From Candidatus Electronema halotolerans (GTDB lineage Bacteria > Desulfobacterota > Desulfobulbia > Desulfobulbales > Desulfobulbaceae): DNA of 32,000 nucleotides. Positions 15,696 to 25,667 of the stretch are shown here, piece by piece. Where the stretch lies: positions 810,001 to 842,000 of the forward strand of contig OW818675.1 in NCBI GenBank assembly GCA_942493095.1, in the 5' to 3' direction. The notes under the pieces were generated by a model, which searched no databases, was not told the DNA's origin, and was given only the letters and a program-made list of their open reading frames with translations. The translations under genes and the position numbers were made by a program. How positions within the stretch are numbered: the first letter of the stretch is position 1; each line of letters begins with the position of its first letter.

Positions 15696-17512
15696 CAGGT
15701 ATCTGCCGTCAGGCCGGAATTTCCCAAGCTGATATTAACCAAGTCAAGCAGATGAACACCCTGCAAAAGCATCGGGGGCCTGATGCGGAAGGGCTGTTTT
15801 CTGATTCCTGCGTTGTTCTCGGCCATCGGCGACTGGCCATTATTGATTTGTCAATCGATGGCAAGCAGCCCTTTGCTTCGGATGATGGCCGCTATCAGCT
15901 CGTCTTCAACGGTGAAATCTACAATTACCTTGAGCTGCGGGAGGAATTGAGCCGCCACGGCTGGACATTCAGAACCAAGACAGATACGGAAGTGCTGCTC
16001 AAGGCATATCAGCACTACGGTGAGGAATGTCTGCATCAATTCAACGGCATGTTCGCCTTTGCCATCTACGATACGCAGCAGCAGCGGTTATTTTTGGCAC
16101 GGGATCGGGTCGGGGTCAAACCGCTTTACTATGCTGTTATTGATTCTGCCCTGTATTTCTCTTCTGAGATTAAATCCTTGTGCAGTATTTCGGCAGTCAG
16201 CAGGTCAGTCAATTATCAGGCCCTTTTTGATTACCTTGTCTTTAATCGCACCGATATTTATGACGAAACTTTTTTTCGTGATATAAAGCGCATTCCCAAA
16301 GGCTGCCACGCCTTGTTCGATCAGGATGGACTGCGCATAAGACAATGGTGGAATCCTGAGAAATTTCTCAAGTCAGAAACGGAAGAGCCTGATTCAGAGA
16401 AGATATGCAGAGATATTGAAGAACTTTTTCTTTCATCTGTGCAGCTGAGAATGCGCAGTGATGTTCCGGTCGGTTCTTGTCTCAGCGGCGGGCTGGATTC
16501 CTCGATTATGATCGGTGCGCTGTTTCAGCATTTTGATCTTGGATCGAACTACGCCACTTTCACAGCTTCTTTTCCCGGCCATCCCATTGATGAGACCGGA
16601 TATATTGACAGCCTGAACCGTCAGTATAAATTTCAAAATATCCGCACCTTTCCTGATGCCGACAAGGCATACGACAGTCTGAAAGATTTTATTTATGCCA
16701 ACGATGAGCCAACCACCAATTCCTCTTTTTTTTCCCAGTACGAGGTGATGCGGCTGGCCAAAGAAAACGGTGTGACTGTTTTGTTAGATGGTCAAGGCGG
16801 TGATGAAAGTTTTGCCGGATATCAGTATTTTCAGGGGTTTAATCTGTATGGACTACTGAAGCAAAAAAAAGGAATCCGCTTGACCTCAGAGCTGGCAAGG
16901 AGTATGCTGAGAAAGCAGCATGTGTCTGTGTATCAGACGATACTGTTCCAACTACTGCCGGACCTGCTGAGAAAAAAGGCTCTTCTGAGGATGCTGCCGT
17001 ATATTGAGCAAGAGTTTTTTCACGAATATATAAATCACAGCAGAATATACAAAGAGTTTTTCAATGTCAGCGGACTGAACCAGAGTCTGGTGCGTCATTT
17101 TCAGTATAAACTTGAGCATCTGCTGCGGATGGAAGATCGCAATTCGATGGCCTTCTCGTTGGAAGCCAGAGTGCCGTATCTTGATTATCGTTTGGTTGAA
17201 TATATCTTGGGACTGCCTGAAAACCTGAAAATACAGAACGGGGAAACTAAGTATTTGCAAAAAAAAGCGTTGGGGAAATATACAATTCCTGAGATTCTCC
17301 AGCGAACTGACAAAATTGGCTTCGGGACTCCTGGCGACGAGTGGATGCTGACAGATAAATGGCGGCAGCTTACCAAAAAAAATTATTCTGATTTATCAGA
17401 GACATTTCCAAACATCTTTAAACAAAATGCGCCGTTACCGAAAAAAGGATTTGATCGTTGGAAGATCAATCAACTGTGTACATGGAAAAATATTTTTCAA
17501 GTGAATAGCTGA
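15683..17512 (+). CDS. asnB: Asparagine synthase (glutamine-hydrolysing) family protein
   Basis: MCGIAGICRQAG N-terminal glutamine amidotransferase domain, HRRLAIIDLSIDGKQPF, and the synthetase domain PVGSCLSGGLDSSIMIGAL. Confidence 0.95.
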   Translation: MCGIAGICRQAGISQADINQVKQMNTLQKHRGPDAEGLFSDSCVVLGHRRLAIIDLSIDGKQPFASDDGRYQLVFNGEIYNYLELREELSRHGWTFRTKTDTEVLLKAYQHYGEECLHQFNGMFAFAIYDTQQQRLFLARDRVGVKPLYYAVIDSALYFSSEIKSLCSISAVSRSVNYQALFDYLVFNRTDIYDETFFRDIKRIPKGCHALFDQDGLRIRQWWNPEKFLKSETEEPDSEKICRDIEELFLSSVQLRMRSDVPVGSCLSGGLDSSIMIGALFQHFDLGSNYATFTASFPGHPIDETGYIDSLNRQYKFQNIRTFPDADKAYDSLKDFIYANDEPTTNSSFFSQYEVMRLAKENGVTVLLDGQGGDESFAGYQYFQGFNLYGLLKQKKGIRLTSELARSMLRKQHVSVYQTILFQLLPDLLRKKALLRMLPYIEQEFFHEYINHSRIYKEFFNVSGLNQSLVRHFQYKLEHLLRMEDRNSMAFSLEARVPYLDYRLVEYILGLPENLKIQNGETKYLQKKALGKYTIPEILQRTDKIGFGTPGDEWMLTDKWRQLTKKNYSDLSETFPNIFKQNAPLPKKGFDRWKINQLCTWKNIFQVNS

Positions 17513-17521
17513 ACAAGTGCT

Positions 17522-18697
17522 GTGGAATATAAGATAAATAATATATTGACAGATGTTTTGTCTGCTGCTGAATCTCAGGACTACAGCGGATACAGCAAGT
17601 TTGACGCACTCAACAGTCCTGTTTTGAAAAAATTAACGTTTAATAATAAATGGCTGCGATTTTTTTTTACGCAACTTGTCAAAGAGCTGCCCATTAATAT
17701 CAGGCCGTTGCTGCATGTTAAAAAGTCCAAGAATCCAAAAGGAATAGCGTTATTTGCCCGTGCGTATTTTTTTCTCTATCAGCTCACCAATGACACAGAT
17801 TACTTAGAAAAAGGAGAAGCTCTTCTGCAATGGCTGTTGGAACATCCCAGTGCGGACTGCCGGAATCTATGCTGGGGATATAATTTTATCTGGCAAAATA
17901 CGATTTTTCTTCAGGACGAATTTGAACCCAATGCGGTTGTCTCTGTTTTTGTCGGCGAAGCTCTGATGCATGCCTATCGTCTGACAAAAAAAGAACAATA
18001 TCTCAAGGCGGTCTGTTCCGTTACTGATTTCATCGTCAATGACCTGCCGGTTCTTCATGATTCGGAAGATGAACGTGCTATAGCCTATGTTCTGCGTAAA
18101 GTTGATGCCATTGTCCTGAATAATCAAGTTCTGACAGGCACTTTTCTGATAAAGGTCTGGAAAGAAACAGGGGATGAAGAGTTAAAAGAGATTGCTCGCC
18201 GCCAATTCAATTATACAGTAAACCGCCGGACAGAGTATTATGCGTGGTATTACACCTATCCGCACGGAAAGTCGCATATTACGCATGACAATTATCATAC
18301 AGGCGGAATCTTGGACGCTCTGCTTGAATATTACGAAGAAACAAATGATGACAGATATATGCAGGTATATTGGCAAGGATTGAAGTATTATAAAGAGCAT
18401 TTATTTGAGTTGGACGGTGCGCCGCGCTGGATGAATAATAAAAAATATCCTTTTGACATACATGGTTCAGCTCAGGGCATTATATCATTTGCAAAGGCAG
18501 CCCGGCATGATGCCAGCTTAATGGCTCAGGCAAAGCTGATTGCCGATTGGACACTTGCCCATTTATACCGTCCAGAGTCGCATGATTTCGCCTATCGCCA
18601 AGGGCGTTATCTGAAATGGAATTATTCCTTGATGCGCTGGTGCAATGCGTGGATGGCAAGAGCGTTAGGGGAGTTGGAATATGCTGCTGGGGCGTGA
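17522..18697 (+). CDS. Predicted (alpha/alpha) barrel glycosidase/polysaccharide-lyase-like protein, no clear family
   Basis: 391 aa, GTG start; helical-barrel-like content (ALFARAYFFLYQLTNDTDYLEKGEALLQWLLEH...CWGYNFIWQ...HDNYHTGGILDALLEYYEETND...DIHGSAQGIISFAKAA). Confidence 0.5.
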   Translation: MEYKINNILTDVLSAAESQDYSGYSKFDALNSPVLKKLTFNNKWLRFFFTQLVKELPINIRPLLHVKKSKNPKGIALFARAYFFLYQLTNDTDYLEKGEALLQWLLEHPSADCRNLCWGYNFIWQNTIFLQDEFEPNAVVSVFVGEALMHAYRLTKKEQYLKAVCSVTDFIVNDLPVLHDSEDERAIAYVLRKVDAIVLNNQVLTGTFLIKVWKETGDEELKEIARRQFNYTVNRRTEYYAWYYTYPHGKSHITHDNYHTGGILDALLEYYEETNDDRYMQVYWQGLKYYKEHLFELDGAPRWMNNKKYPFDIHGSAQGIISFAKAARHDASLMAQAKLIADWTLAHLYRPESHDFAYRQGRYLKWNYSLMRWCNAWMARALGELEYAAGA

Positions 18698-19466
18698 GCA
18701 AAGACACCATCCGGGCTATTCTTTGCCAGAAAGGATATACATTGCCCTTTTCGGAATGCCCATCATCGGACTGCGCATTCGCGGCAGAAATGTCTTTCAC
18801 CTGATTCCGAAGGATAGAAAATATCACCATATTTTGGATGCCGGTTCAGGGCCGGGAGTCTTTTCCTTTGAACTTGCCCGCCGCTTCCCTGATTCCAAGA
18901 TACTGGGCGTTGATCTGTTAAGCGAATCCATTGCCGCCTGTCAGCATATTGCTGAAAAGACAAATATAACGAATGTGGAGTTCCGGCAGACATCTCTTGA
19001 GCATATAACGGATAAGAACACGTTTGATCTTATTGTCTGTGTCGATATAATGGAGCATATACAGGATGACCTTCGTGCTCTGCAATGTTTGCATGAGGTT
19101 GCGGCTCCGGGCGGAGTGCTGGTGCTGCATGTTCCGGCATTATATCGGCGGTATCCGGTCTGCAAGAAAAGTCTGAATTTTGATGTTGAAACCCATGTCA
19201 GAACAGGTTATGAGCCGCATGAGATTGAAGCAAAAGTGAAACAGGCTGGTTTTTCCATCCGGGAAAGCGGATTCACCTATGGCTTTTGGGAAACATTGGC
19301 AAACAATCTTAGCTATATGATCACCCGCGCCCGAATGCAAAATAAGAAAATTTATGCCTTGGCTTTCCCTTTCTTGCACTTGATATCTCTGCTTGGATAC
19401 AGAGCACGGCCTGCCTCGCTTGGTGCAGGAGTTTTTGTTATTGCGGAAAAAAAGAGTGAATCATGA
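18681..19466 (+). CDS. Class I SAM-dependent methyltransferase
   Basis: 261 aa; HHILDAGSGPGVFSFELARRFPDSKILGVDLLSES and DLIVCVDIMEHIQDD. Confidence 0.88.
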   Translation: MLLGREQRHHPGYSLPERIYIALFGMPIIGLRIRGRNVFHLIPKDRKYHHILDAGSGPGVFSFELARRFPDSKILGVDLLSESIAACQHIAEKTNITNVEFRQTSLEHITDKNTFDLIVCVDIMEHIQDDLRALQCLHEVAAPGGVLVLHVPALYRRYPVCKKSLNFDVETHVRTGYEPHEIEAKVKQAGFSIRESGFTYGFWETLANNLSYMITRARMQNKKIYALAFPFLHLISLLGYRARPASLGAGVFVIAEKKSES

Positions 19467-21631
19467 GACAAGTTGTCCAAAATTTTAAAACCGGTGTTGT
19501 CAGCGTTGAGGACGTGCCAAAGCCCATGTTGCGTCCGGGTTGTGTGCTGGTGAGAAACAGAGCTTCGCTGATCAGCGCAGGAACTGAAGCGGGGACTGTC
19601 AAGCTCGGCAAGATGAGCATGTTGGGCAAGGCGCGGGCACGTCCTGAGCAGGTGGCCAAGGTCTTGCAGGCATTGAAAACTGAAGGAATCGTGGGAACAG
19701 TCAATGCTGTCAATCGATCCCTTGATCTGCCTGTTCCATTGGGATATTCCTGCGCCGGGGTGGTTGAGAGCGCAGCGGAGGACATTAACGACCTACATGT
19801 GGGAACAAGGGTGGCCTGCGGCGGTGGCGGGATGGCAACGCATTCCGATTATGTGGTGATTCCCCGCAACCTCTGCGTCCCGATTCCTGAAAATGTCACC
19901 TTCCAGCAGGCTGCCTTCACCACGGTCGGGGCCATTGCCATGCAGGGTATCCGCATCGCCGACACCAAACTGGGCGAAAATGTGGTTGTGATCGGTCTCG
20001 GCTTGGTAGGACTGCTGACCGTGGAAATCCTCAAAGCCGGTGGCTGTCGTGTTTTCGGCATTGATGTCAATCCGCAGCGGGTGGCTTGGGTCAACGAGAA
20101 CGGCATCTGCCAAGCCTGTGTCCGCAATGCCGCCAGTCTTATTGACGCAGTGCTTGAATTCAGCGGCGGATACGGGGCAGACGCTGTCATCATTGCCGCC
20201 GCAGCAAACAGCAACGATCCAGTGGCATTGGCCGGAGAGCTTGTCCGGTATAAAGGCAGAGTGGTGGTTGTAGGCCGCACAGTCATGGATGCCCCGCGTG
20301 AGACCTATCTCTTTAAGGAGCTGGAATTATGCACTTCTTATGCGTATGGCCCGGGAACAGGTGATGCCAGTTACGAAGTGCAGGGATATGACTATCCCAT
20401 TGGCTATGTGCGCTGGACCGAAAATCGCAACATGGCCTGTTTTTTGGACTTGCAGAAGGAAAACAGAATCAGCTTGGAACAGTTAGTCAGCAATACGTTC
20501 TCTGTGGACGCTGCTCCGGCTGCCTTTGAGGAGCTGACCAAATCGGGCAACCAGAGCATCGGTTTGATTCTGGAATATGAAAATGAGCAGAAAGCTGATC
20601 GGAAAGCACCTGTTGCAGATCATGATAAGGAGGACAGCAACAGGCATCACCGGCCAAGCCTTGCACACCAAGGTAAAATTCGCGTTGGAATTATCGGAGC
20701 AGGCAGTTTTGCCACAAATGTTATTGTTCCATTGCTGGCTAAACGCAATGATATTGCAATCCAAGCAATAGTCTCTGCTAATGGTCTGAAAGCTGCTGCT
20801 TTGGCAAAAAAATATCATATTCCTCAATATGATTCGGATGCAAAGGTCATTCTTGATGCTGACGATATAGATGCTGTTTTCATTTTGACACGCCACGGCA
20901 CACATGCGCCATTTACCCAACGCGCTTTGTTGAACAATAAGCATGTATTTGTGGAAAAGCCCTTGGCTCTCAACGAGCAAGAGTTGGATGCTGTAGTTTC
21001 GGCGCAGAAAACAAGCGGCAAAGTGCTGATGGTTGGGTTCAACCGGCGTTTTTCTCCTTTGGCGCAGAAAATGAAGACGTTTTTTGTGGACCGCTGCCAG
21101 CCGATGATTATCAGTTTCCGTGGCAATGTCGGTTATCGTCCCCCGGAGCATTGGCTGCACGACCCGGTTGACGGCGGCGGCGTTATACTCGGTGAAGCCT
21201 GCCACTATATTGATTTTTGCAGATGGCTGACAGGTTCTCCCATTATCGAAGCAAGCTCCAGATATATAGGAGAAAGCAACACGAAAATCATCCGTGAGGA
21301 TAATGTTGAAATAGCTCTTCGTTTTGAAGACGGTTCTATCGCCAACATATTGTACATATCCAACGGTGCCAGAGGATATTGCCGCGAGTCTTGCGAAGTG
21401 CATTCTGAGTCCAGATCAGCTGTCTGGAAAGATTTTAGGTATGTACAATTAGTGAATGATTTAAAGTTGCCAAAAATCCATCGCAGCTTCTTGTTTCATG
21501 AAAAAGGGTATAAAGAAGAGCTGGATGTTTTTTTTGGAGCCGTGCAGGGAGAAATTGAGATGAAATGGTTAAAAGAACAGATAGATGCATCACAAATGAG
21601 CATTAAAACTGCAATTAATTTTAAGAATTAA
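19463..21631 (+). CDS. Bi-domain oxidoreductase (zinc-type alcohol dehydrogenase + Gfo/Idh/MocA)
   Basis: 722 aa; N-terminal MDR dehydrogenase (RNRASLISAGTEAGTVK...ENVVVIGLGLVGLL), C-terminal Gfo/Idh/MocA (RVGIIGAGSFATNVIVPLLAKR...EKPLALNEQELD...GFNRRFSPLAQ). Confidence 0.92.
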   Translation: MRQVVQNFKTGVVSVEDVPKPMLRPGCVLVRNRASLISAGTEAGTVKLGKMSMLGKARARPEQVAKVLQALKTEGIVGTVNAVNRSLDLPVPLGYSCAGVVESAAEDINDLHVGTRVACGGGGMATHSDYVVIPRNLCVPIPENVTFQQAAFTTVGAIAMQGIRIADTKLGENVVVIGLGLVGLLTVEILKAGGCRVFGIDVNPQRVAWVNENGICQACVRNAASLIDAVLEFSGGYGADAVIIAAAANSNDPVALAGELVRYKGRVVVVGRTVMDAPRETYLFKELELCTSYAYGPGTGDASYEVQGYDYPIGYVRWTENRNMACFLDLQKENRISLEQLVSNTFSVDAAPAAFEELTKSGNQSIGLILEYENEQKADRKAPVADHDKEDSNRHHRPSLAHQGKIRVGIIGAGSFATNVIVPLLAKRNDIAIQAIVSANGLKAAALAKKYHIPQYDSDAKVILDADDIDAVFILTRHGTHAPFTQRALLNNKHVFVEKPLALNEQELDAVVSAQKTSGKVLMVGFNRRFSPLAQKMKTFFVDRCQPMIISFRGNVGYRPPEHWLHDPVDGGGVILGEACHYIDFCRWLTGSPIIEASSRYIGESNTKIIREDNVEIALRFEDGSIANILYISNGARGYCRESCEVHSESRSAVWKDFRYVQLVNDLKLPKIHRSFLFHEKGYKEELDVFFGAVQGEIEMKWLKEQIDASQMSIKTAINFKN

Positions 21632-21633
21632 TC

Positions 21634-22767
21634 GTGAATATAGGAATCGAAATTACAAAAGCCCATCATAAAGACGGGGGATTTGGAGTATATCCAAGAA
21701 AGCTGATTAAAAATCTTCTTGAAATAGATAAAAATAATCAATATATTGTTTTTACGTCTAAATTTCTTGATGAGTTAGATGGATTTTCTAATTGCCGTCA
21801 AATATTAGTTCCTTCTTCAGATGGAATAGTTAATTTCTTGAAGTTATATTTCAATTTTAAAAAAATTATAGAAAAATATGATATAGATATCCTGCATCTG
21901 TTAAGCTTGTATGGTATACGTAAAGCACCAAGGTTGACGATATCAACAGTATTTGATCTTCGGCACTTGGCTGTTTCCGGACTAAATGAACGAAAATTCG
22001 GAAAAATCATATATAAATATTGGCTTCCTTATTTACTCAAGCATTCTTGTCATTTTATTGCGATTTCTGAAGAAACGAAGAAAACGATGAAGATGCACTT
22101 TGGTATTTCTGACGACAGGATAACTGTTACGCGTTTGGGACATGAAATATATTTGCCAGATAAATCAGAGGAAATGGCAACAAGGATTTCAGGGAAATAT
22201 TTTATGTGGGTAGGTATGATAACAAAGAGAAAAAATCTTGAAGTTCTATACAGGGCTTTTGCTCAATTTATAGCTTGTCATCCAAAATACAAACTTGTTA
22301 TTGCAGGAAAATTTTTAAACTCTATAGTTGAAGGTAGTCACAAAAAATTAATTCATAATTTAAATATAAAAAGCAGTATCATTTTTACCGGTTACGTTCC
22401 AGATTCTGAACTATACACTTTATACAAAAATTCCGCAGCATTTATATTTCCTTCAATATATGAAGGGTTTGGCATTCCGATAATAGAAGCAATGGCTTTA
22501 GGCACACCAGTGATTACAACTGTTGATGGTGGAGCTACAAAAGAAGTAGCAGGAAATGCCGCTTTATTTTTTAAAAGATATGATGCTGATGAACTTGCAG
22601 AAAGAATGAAAGAAATTATATCTAATGAAACGCTTAGAGACCTGTTAGTAAATAAAGGAAAACAACGAGCTGAATTTTTTTCATGGAAAAAGACAGCAGA
22701 AGTGACTCTTGATGTCTATCGAAAATTGACAACGAGCAATAACAATGATAGTGCATTTTGCTCTTGA
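21634..22767 (+). CDS. Glycosyltransferase family 4 protein
   Basis: 377 aa; DGGFGVYPRKLIKNLLE..., HFIAISEETKKTMKMHFGI, and PSIYEGFGIPIIEAMALGTPVITTVDGGATKEVAGNAALFF. Confidence 0.93.
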   Translation: MNIGIEITKAHHKDGGFGVYPRKLIKNLLEIDKNNQYIVFTSKFLDELDGFSNCRQILVPSSDGIVNFLKLYFNFKKIIEKYDIDILHLLSLYGIRKAPRLTISTVFDLRHLAVSGLNERKFGKIIYKYWLPYLLKHSCHFIAISEETKKTMKMHFGISDDRITVTRLGHEIYLPDKSEEMATRISGKYFMWVGMITKRKNLEVLYRAFAQFIACHPKYKLVIAGKFLNSIVEGSHKKLIHNLNIKSSIIFTGYVPDSELYTLYKNSAAFIFPSIYEGFGIPIIEAMALGTPVITTVDGGATKEVAGNAALFFKRYDADELAERMKEIISNETLRDLLVNKGKQRAEFFSWKKTAEVTLDVYRKLTTSNNNDSAFCS

Positions 22768-22797
22768 GCGGCTTAAAAAAACTACATTGATAACACT

Positions 22798-23475
22798 ATG
22801 AAATTCAATAAGGAGTATTATAAGTCCTATTTAGATATAAACGTTTTTCGTAAGATAGGTAGACGTTTTTTCACCCCTAAAGTATTCGCATTATTTAAAG
22901 TTATTCGGAGTCTCGCACCTGAAGCGAAAGTGCTTGATGTTGGGGCTGGAACTGGAGGTTTTCTTGAGATTATTGAACAGGCCAACCAAAAAATAAAAAC
23001 TTTTGGGATAGACATAGGAAACCCTCCCGTATTTATGAGCAAAGGATTTTTTATTCGAGGTGACATACTCAATTTGCCATTTCAAGATAATTCTTTTGAT
23101 TTAGTGACATGCTCGCATGTGATTGAGCATATTACAGATCCTTTTAATGCGATTGCTGAATTAAAAAGAATATGCAAGCCTGATGGATATATTTATGTTG
23201 AAGTGCCTTCTCATCGATCAGCTTTAATGCCTATTGGTGTCAACTTTTGGGACGATCCAACGCATATTCGTCCATATACTCGTATTTCTTTAAGGAAATT
23301 GTTTGAAATACAAGAGCTGAAAATCATTAAAGACGGGGTTAAGCGATCTTTATCTGGAATTTTTTTTGGCTTTCCCTATATGATAATAGGAAAAATTTTA
23401 AAAGATCCCTTATCAAGGGTAATATTTCCAATATATTTTTTTGGGCTATCTGTATATATTTTAGGAAAAAAATAG
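22798..23475 (+). CDS. Class I SAM-dependent methyltransferase
   Basis: 225 aa; AKVLDVGAGTGGFLEIIEQANQKIKTFGIDIG...FDLVTCSHVIEHITDPFNAIAELKRICKPDGYIYVEVP. Confidence 0.92.
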   Translation: MKFNKEYYKSYLDINVFRKIGRRFFTPKVFALFKVIRSLAPEAKVLDVGAGTGGFLEIIEQANQKIKTFGIDIGNPPVFMSKGFFIRGDILNLPFQDNSFDLVTCSHVIEHITDPFNAIAELKRICKPDGYIYVEVPSHRSALMPIGVNFWDDPTHIRPYTRISLRKLFEIQELKIIKDGVKRSLSGIFFGFPYMIIGKILKDPLSRVIFPIYFFGLSVYILGKK

Positions 23476-23479
23476 ATAT

Positions 23480-24439
23480 ATGACTAACACTTTTCATTTT
23501 ATTAAAAAAAACAAAAAAATCATACAGTCTTTTTCTGGAGCCATCTTAATAGGAATTGTTATATGGCAGTCTAATCCTGAAAAACTTTACAACCAAATAT
23601 TTGATGTTCCACTTTATTATTTAATTCCATGTTTCTTACTATATTACTTACTGGTTACTTTAACATGGGCAGTAGGCATATACTTTCTATTAATAAGAAT
23701 TAAGAAGGATACTTTTTGGAAAATAATTAAGTCCTCTTTTAAATTACAAGTTATTGCAGCTATTACACCAGGACGTTTAGGGGATATAGGACTTTTATAT
23801 TACCTTAAAGGAGAATATACTTCAGGCCAGCTTGGTGCAATATTTTTTATTGACAAATTAATAACACTTGGAATTAATATTGTAATATCAATTATTGGAT
23901 TTGGAATTCTTTTATCTTGGAAGTACGCTGTCGTAATATCATTTTTTTTGATAGCTATATTCTCTTTGCTAATATGTTTTTTGTTTAAGTTTCCTCAAAA
24001 ATTTATCAACTGGGGAATTTTTAAAAATATAATCGTATATCTTCAGGGTTTTCGAGTTGAGTTAAATGCTACGGCGAGAGACATAAAAGGTATAGCAGGA
24101 AATGTAGTCCTGACTCTCGTTCGCTACATTCTTGCTGGAGGCTGTATGCTCTTAGCTCTACTATGGTTTGGACAACATGTTACGTTAATCAACGTTATTC
24201 TGATTCAGGCAGTTGCGCAACTTGCTACTTTTATCCCCTTAACAACTATGGGCCTGGGAGTTACAGAAGCTGTCTGTATCTCTCTTTTTATAACCATAGG
24301 TGTTTCTTCTGAAATGACTTTAGCCGCACTTTTATGGTCCAGAGCAATTTACCTGATGTTTATTGCAGGTATTTATTTATTATGGACAGGAATGCCTGTA
24401 TATTATAAGGTTTTTAAGAAAATAACACCTGCTGAATAG
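23480..24439 (+). CDS. Flippase-like / lysylphosphatidylglycerol synthase TM-domain membrane protein
   Basis: 319 aa polytopic protein with ...VTPGRLGDIGLLYYL-type segment (AITPGRLGDIGLLYYLKGEYTSGQLGAIFFIDKLI) and late PLTTMGLGVTEAV. Confidence 0.82.
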   Translation: MTNTFHFIKKNKKIIQSFSGAILIGIVIWQSNPEKLYNQIFDVPLYYLIPCFLLYYLLVTLTWAVGIYFLLIRIKKDTFWKIIKSSFKLQVIAAITPGRLGDIGLLYYLKGEYTSGQLGAIFFIDKLITLGINIVISIIGFGILLSWKYAVVISFFLIAIFSLLICFLFKFPQKFINWGIFKNIIVYLQGFRVELNATARDIKGIAGNVVLTLVRYILAGGCMLLALLWFGQHVTLINVILIQAVAQLATFIPLTTMGLGVTEAVCISLFITIGVSSEMTLAALLWSRAIYLMFIAGIYLLWTGMPVYYKVFKKITPAE

Positions 24440-24476
24440 AAAGAAAATTGTCATTTACTCTAACATTGATGTGATA

Positions 24477-25667
24477 ATGAGTAATATCAAAAAAACAAAC
24501 ATAATCCTCCGATACTGGCTCCTCGCCCTATCCTTTGCCACAGCCGGCCTCCTGATAGCCCTCTACTCGGCCCACAGCCACTATCAGAACTATACTGATC
24601 CGCTTTACAGCAGCTTCTGCGCGATCAGCAAATCGATCAACTGCGATACGGTCGCCCAAAGTCCTTGGTCGATCATGTTCGGCCTTCCAGTTGCTTGGTG
24701 GGGAGTGCTCTTTTACCTCTTCTTTCTCCTGATCCTGCTGACCGAAAACCGCTCCAACCTTGCCGCATGGCGCGGTTGGCTGCTGGTGATGCTCATCTCT
24801 TCCACAGTGACGCTGGGACTGGCAGTCATTGCAGTCTGGAAAATCAAATCCCTCTGCATTGTCTGTCTGGCCACATACATAGTCACCTTTAGCCTGACCT
24901 ATATCTGCTGGCTCGGTCAGCGGCGGTGCAAGGAAGTCGTCAATAAAGGTGCTGACAATGTCGCGGCTGCATTCAATCTAAAAGACGCGCTGCGCAATTA
25001 CAGTGTTGCCACTGGCGTGTTCTGCATCAGCCTGCTGCTTGTCTTCGGCCTCATGCCCCGCTACTGGCTCCTTTCCGCTGCTGAGAGTGCTGCGGACATC
25101 AGCAATCTGCCGCATGGCCTGACTGAGGATGGTCATCCGTGGATCGGCGCGGAAAAACCGCTCATGACCATCACCCAATTTTCCGACTACCAGTGCTTCC
25201 AGTGCAGCAAGATGTATTTTCTCCTGCGGAATTTTCTGGCAGCGCACCCGGATACCCTCCGCCTTGTCCATCGCCATTATCCCTTGGATCATGAAGTGAA
25301 TTCCATCATTGTGCCAGAACCGTTTCATGAAGGTTCAGGAAAATTGGCTAAAGTTGCTATTTTGGCGGCAATGCGGGATAAATTCTGGCAGACCAATGAC
25401 CTGCTCTATGCAATGATGCGCGGCAAGAACAGCAAGGTTAAAACAATTTCCCTCAAGGAAATTGCTGACAAAACCGGGCTGAACATCAACGAGCTGGCCG
25501 CTGCCCTCACTCATCCTGTCATTCAAGAAAAGCTGCGCCGGGACATCTGGGACGGCATGAAGCTGGGAATAACTGGCACTCCAGCTTTCCTGATTGACGG
25601 CCAAGTCTATCAAGGCCAGATTCCGCCGAAGATTCTCAAGAAGATTGAAGCACTGCCCGGAAAATGA
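24477..25667 (+). CDS. Vitamin K epoxide reductase (VKOR) - DsbA/thioredoxin-like fusion
   Basis: N-terminal VKOR domain: SSFCAISKSINCDTVAQSPWSIMFGLPVAWWGVLFY plus CIVC. C-terminal DsbA-like domain: MTITQFSDYQCFQCSKMYF (CFQC) and GTPAFLIDGQVYQG (cis-Pro). Confidence 0.92.
   Translation: MSNIKKTNIILRYWLLALSFATAGLLIALYSAHSHYQNYTDPLYSSFCAISKSINCDTVAQSPWSIMFGLPVAWWGVLFYLFFLLILLTENRSNLAAWRGWLLVMLISSTVTLGLAVIAVWKIKSLCIVCLATYIVTFSLTYICWLGQRRCKEVVNKGADNVAAAFNLKDALRNYSVATGVFCISLLLVFGLMPRYWLLSAAESAADISNLPHGLTEDGHPWIGAEKPLMTITQFSDYQCFQCSKMYFLLRNFLAAHPDTLRLVHRHYPLDHEVNSIIVPEPFHEGSGKLAKVAILAAMRDKFWQTNDLLYAMMRGKNSKVKTISLKEIADKTGLNINELAAALTHPVIQEKLRRDIWDGMKLGITGTPAFLIDGQVYQGQIPPKILKKIEALPGK

Noticed and set aside
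20483-21403. 306-aa minus-strand ORF
   Set aside because: Shadow of the C-terminal Gfo/Idh/MocA domain of the bi-domain oxidoreductase.
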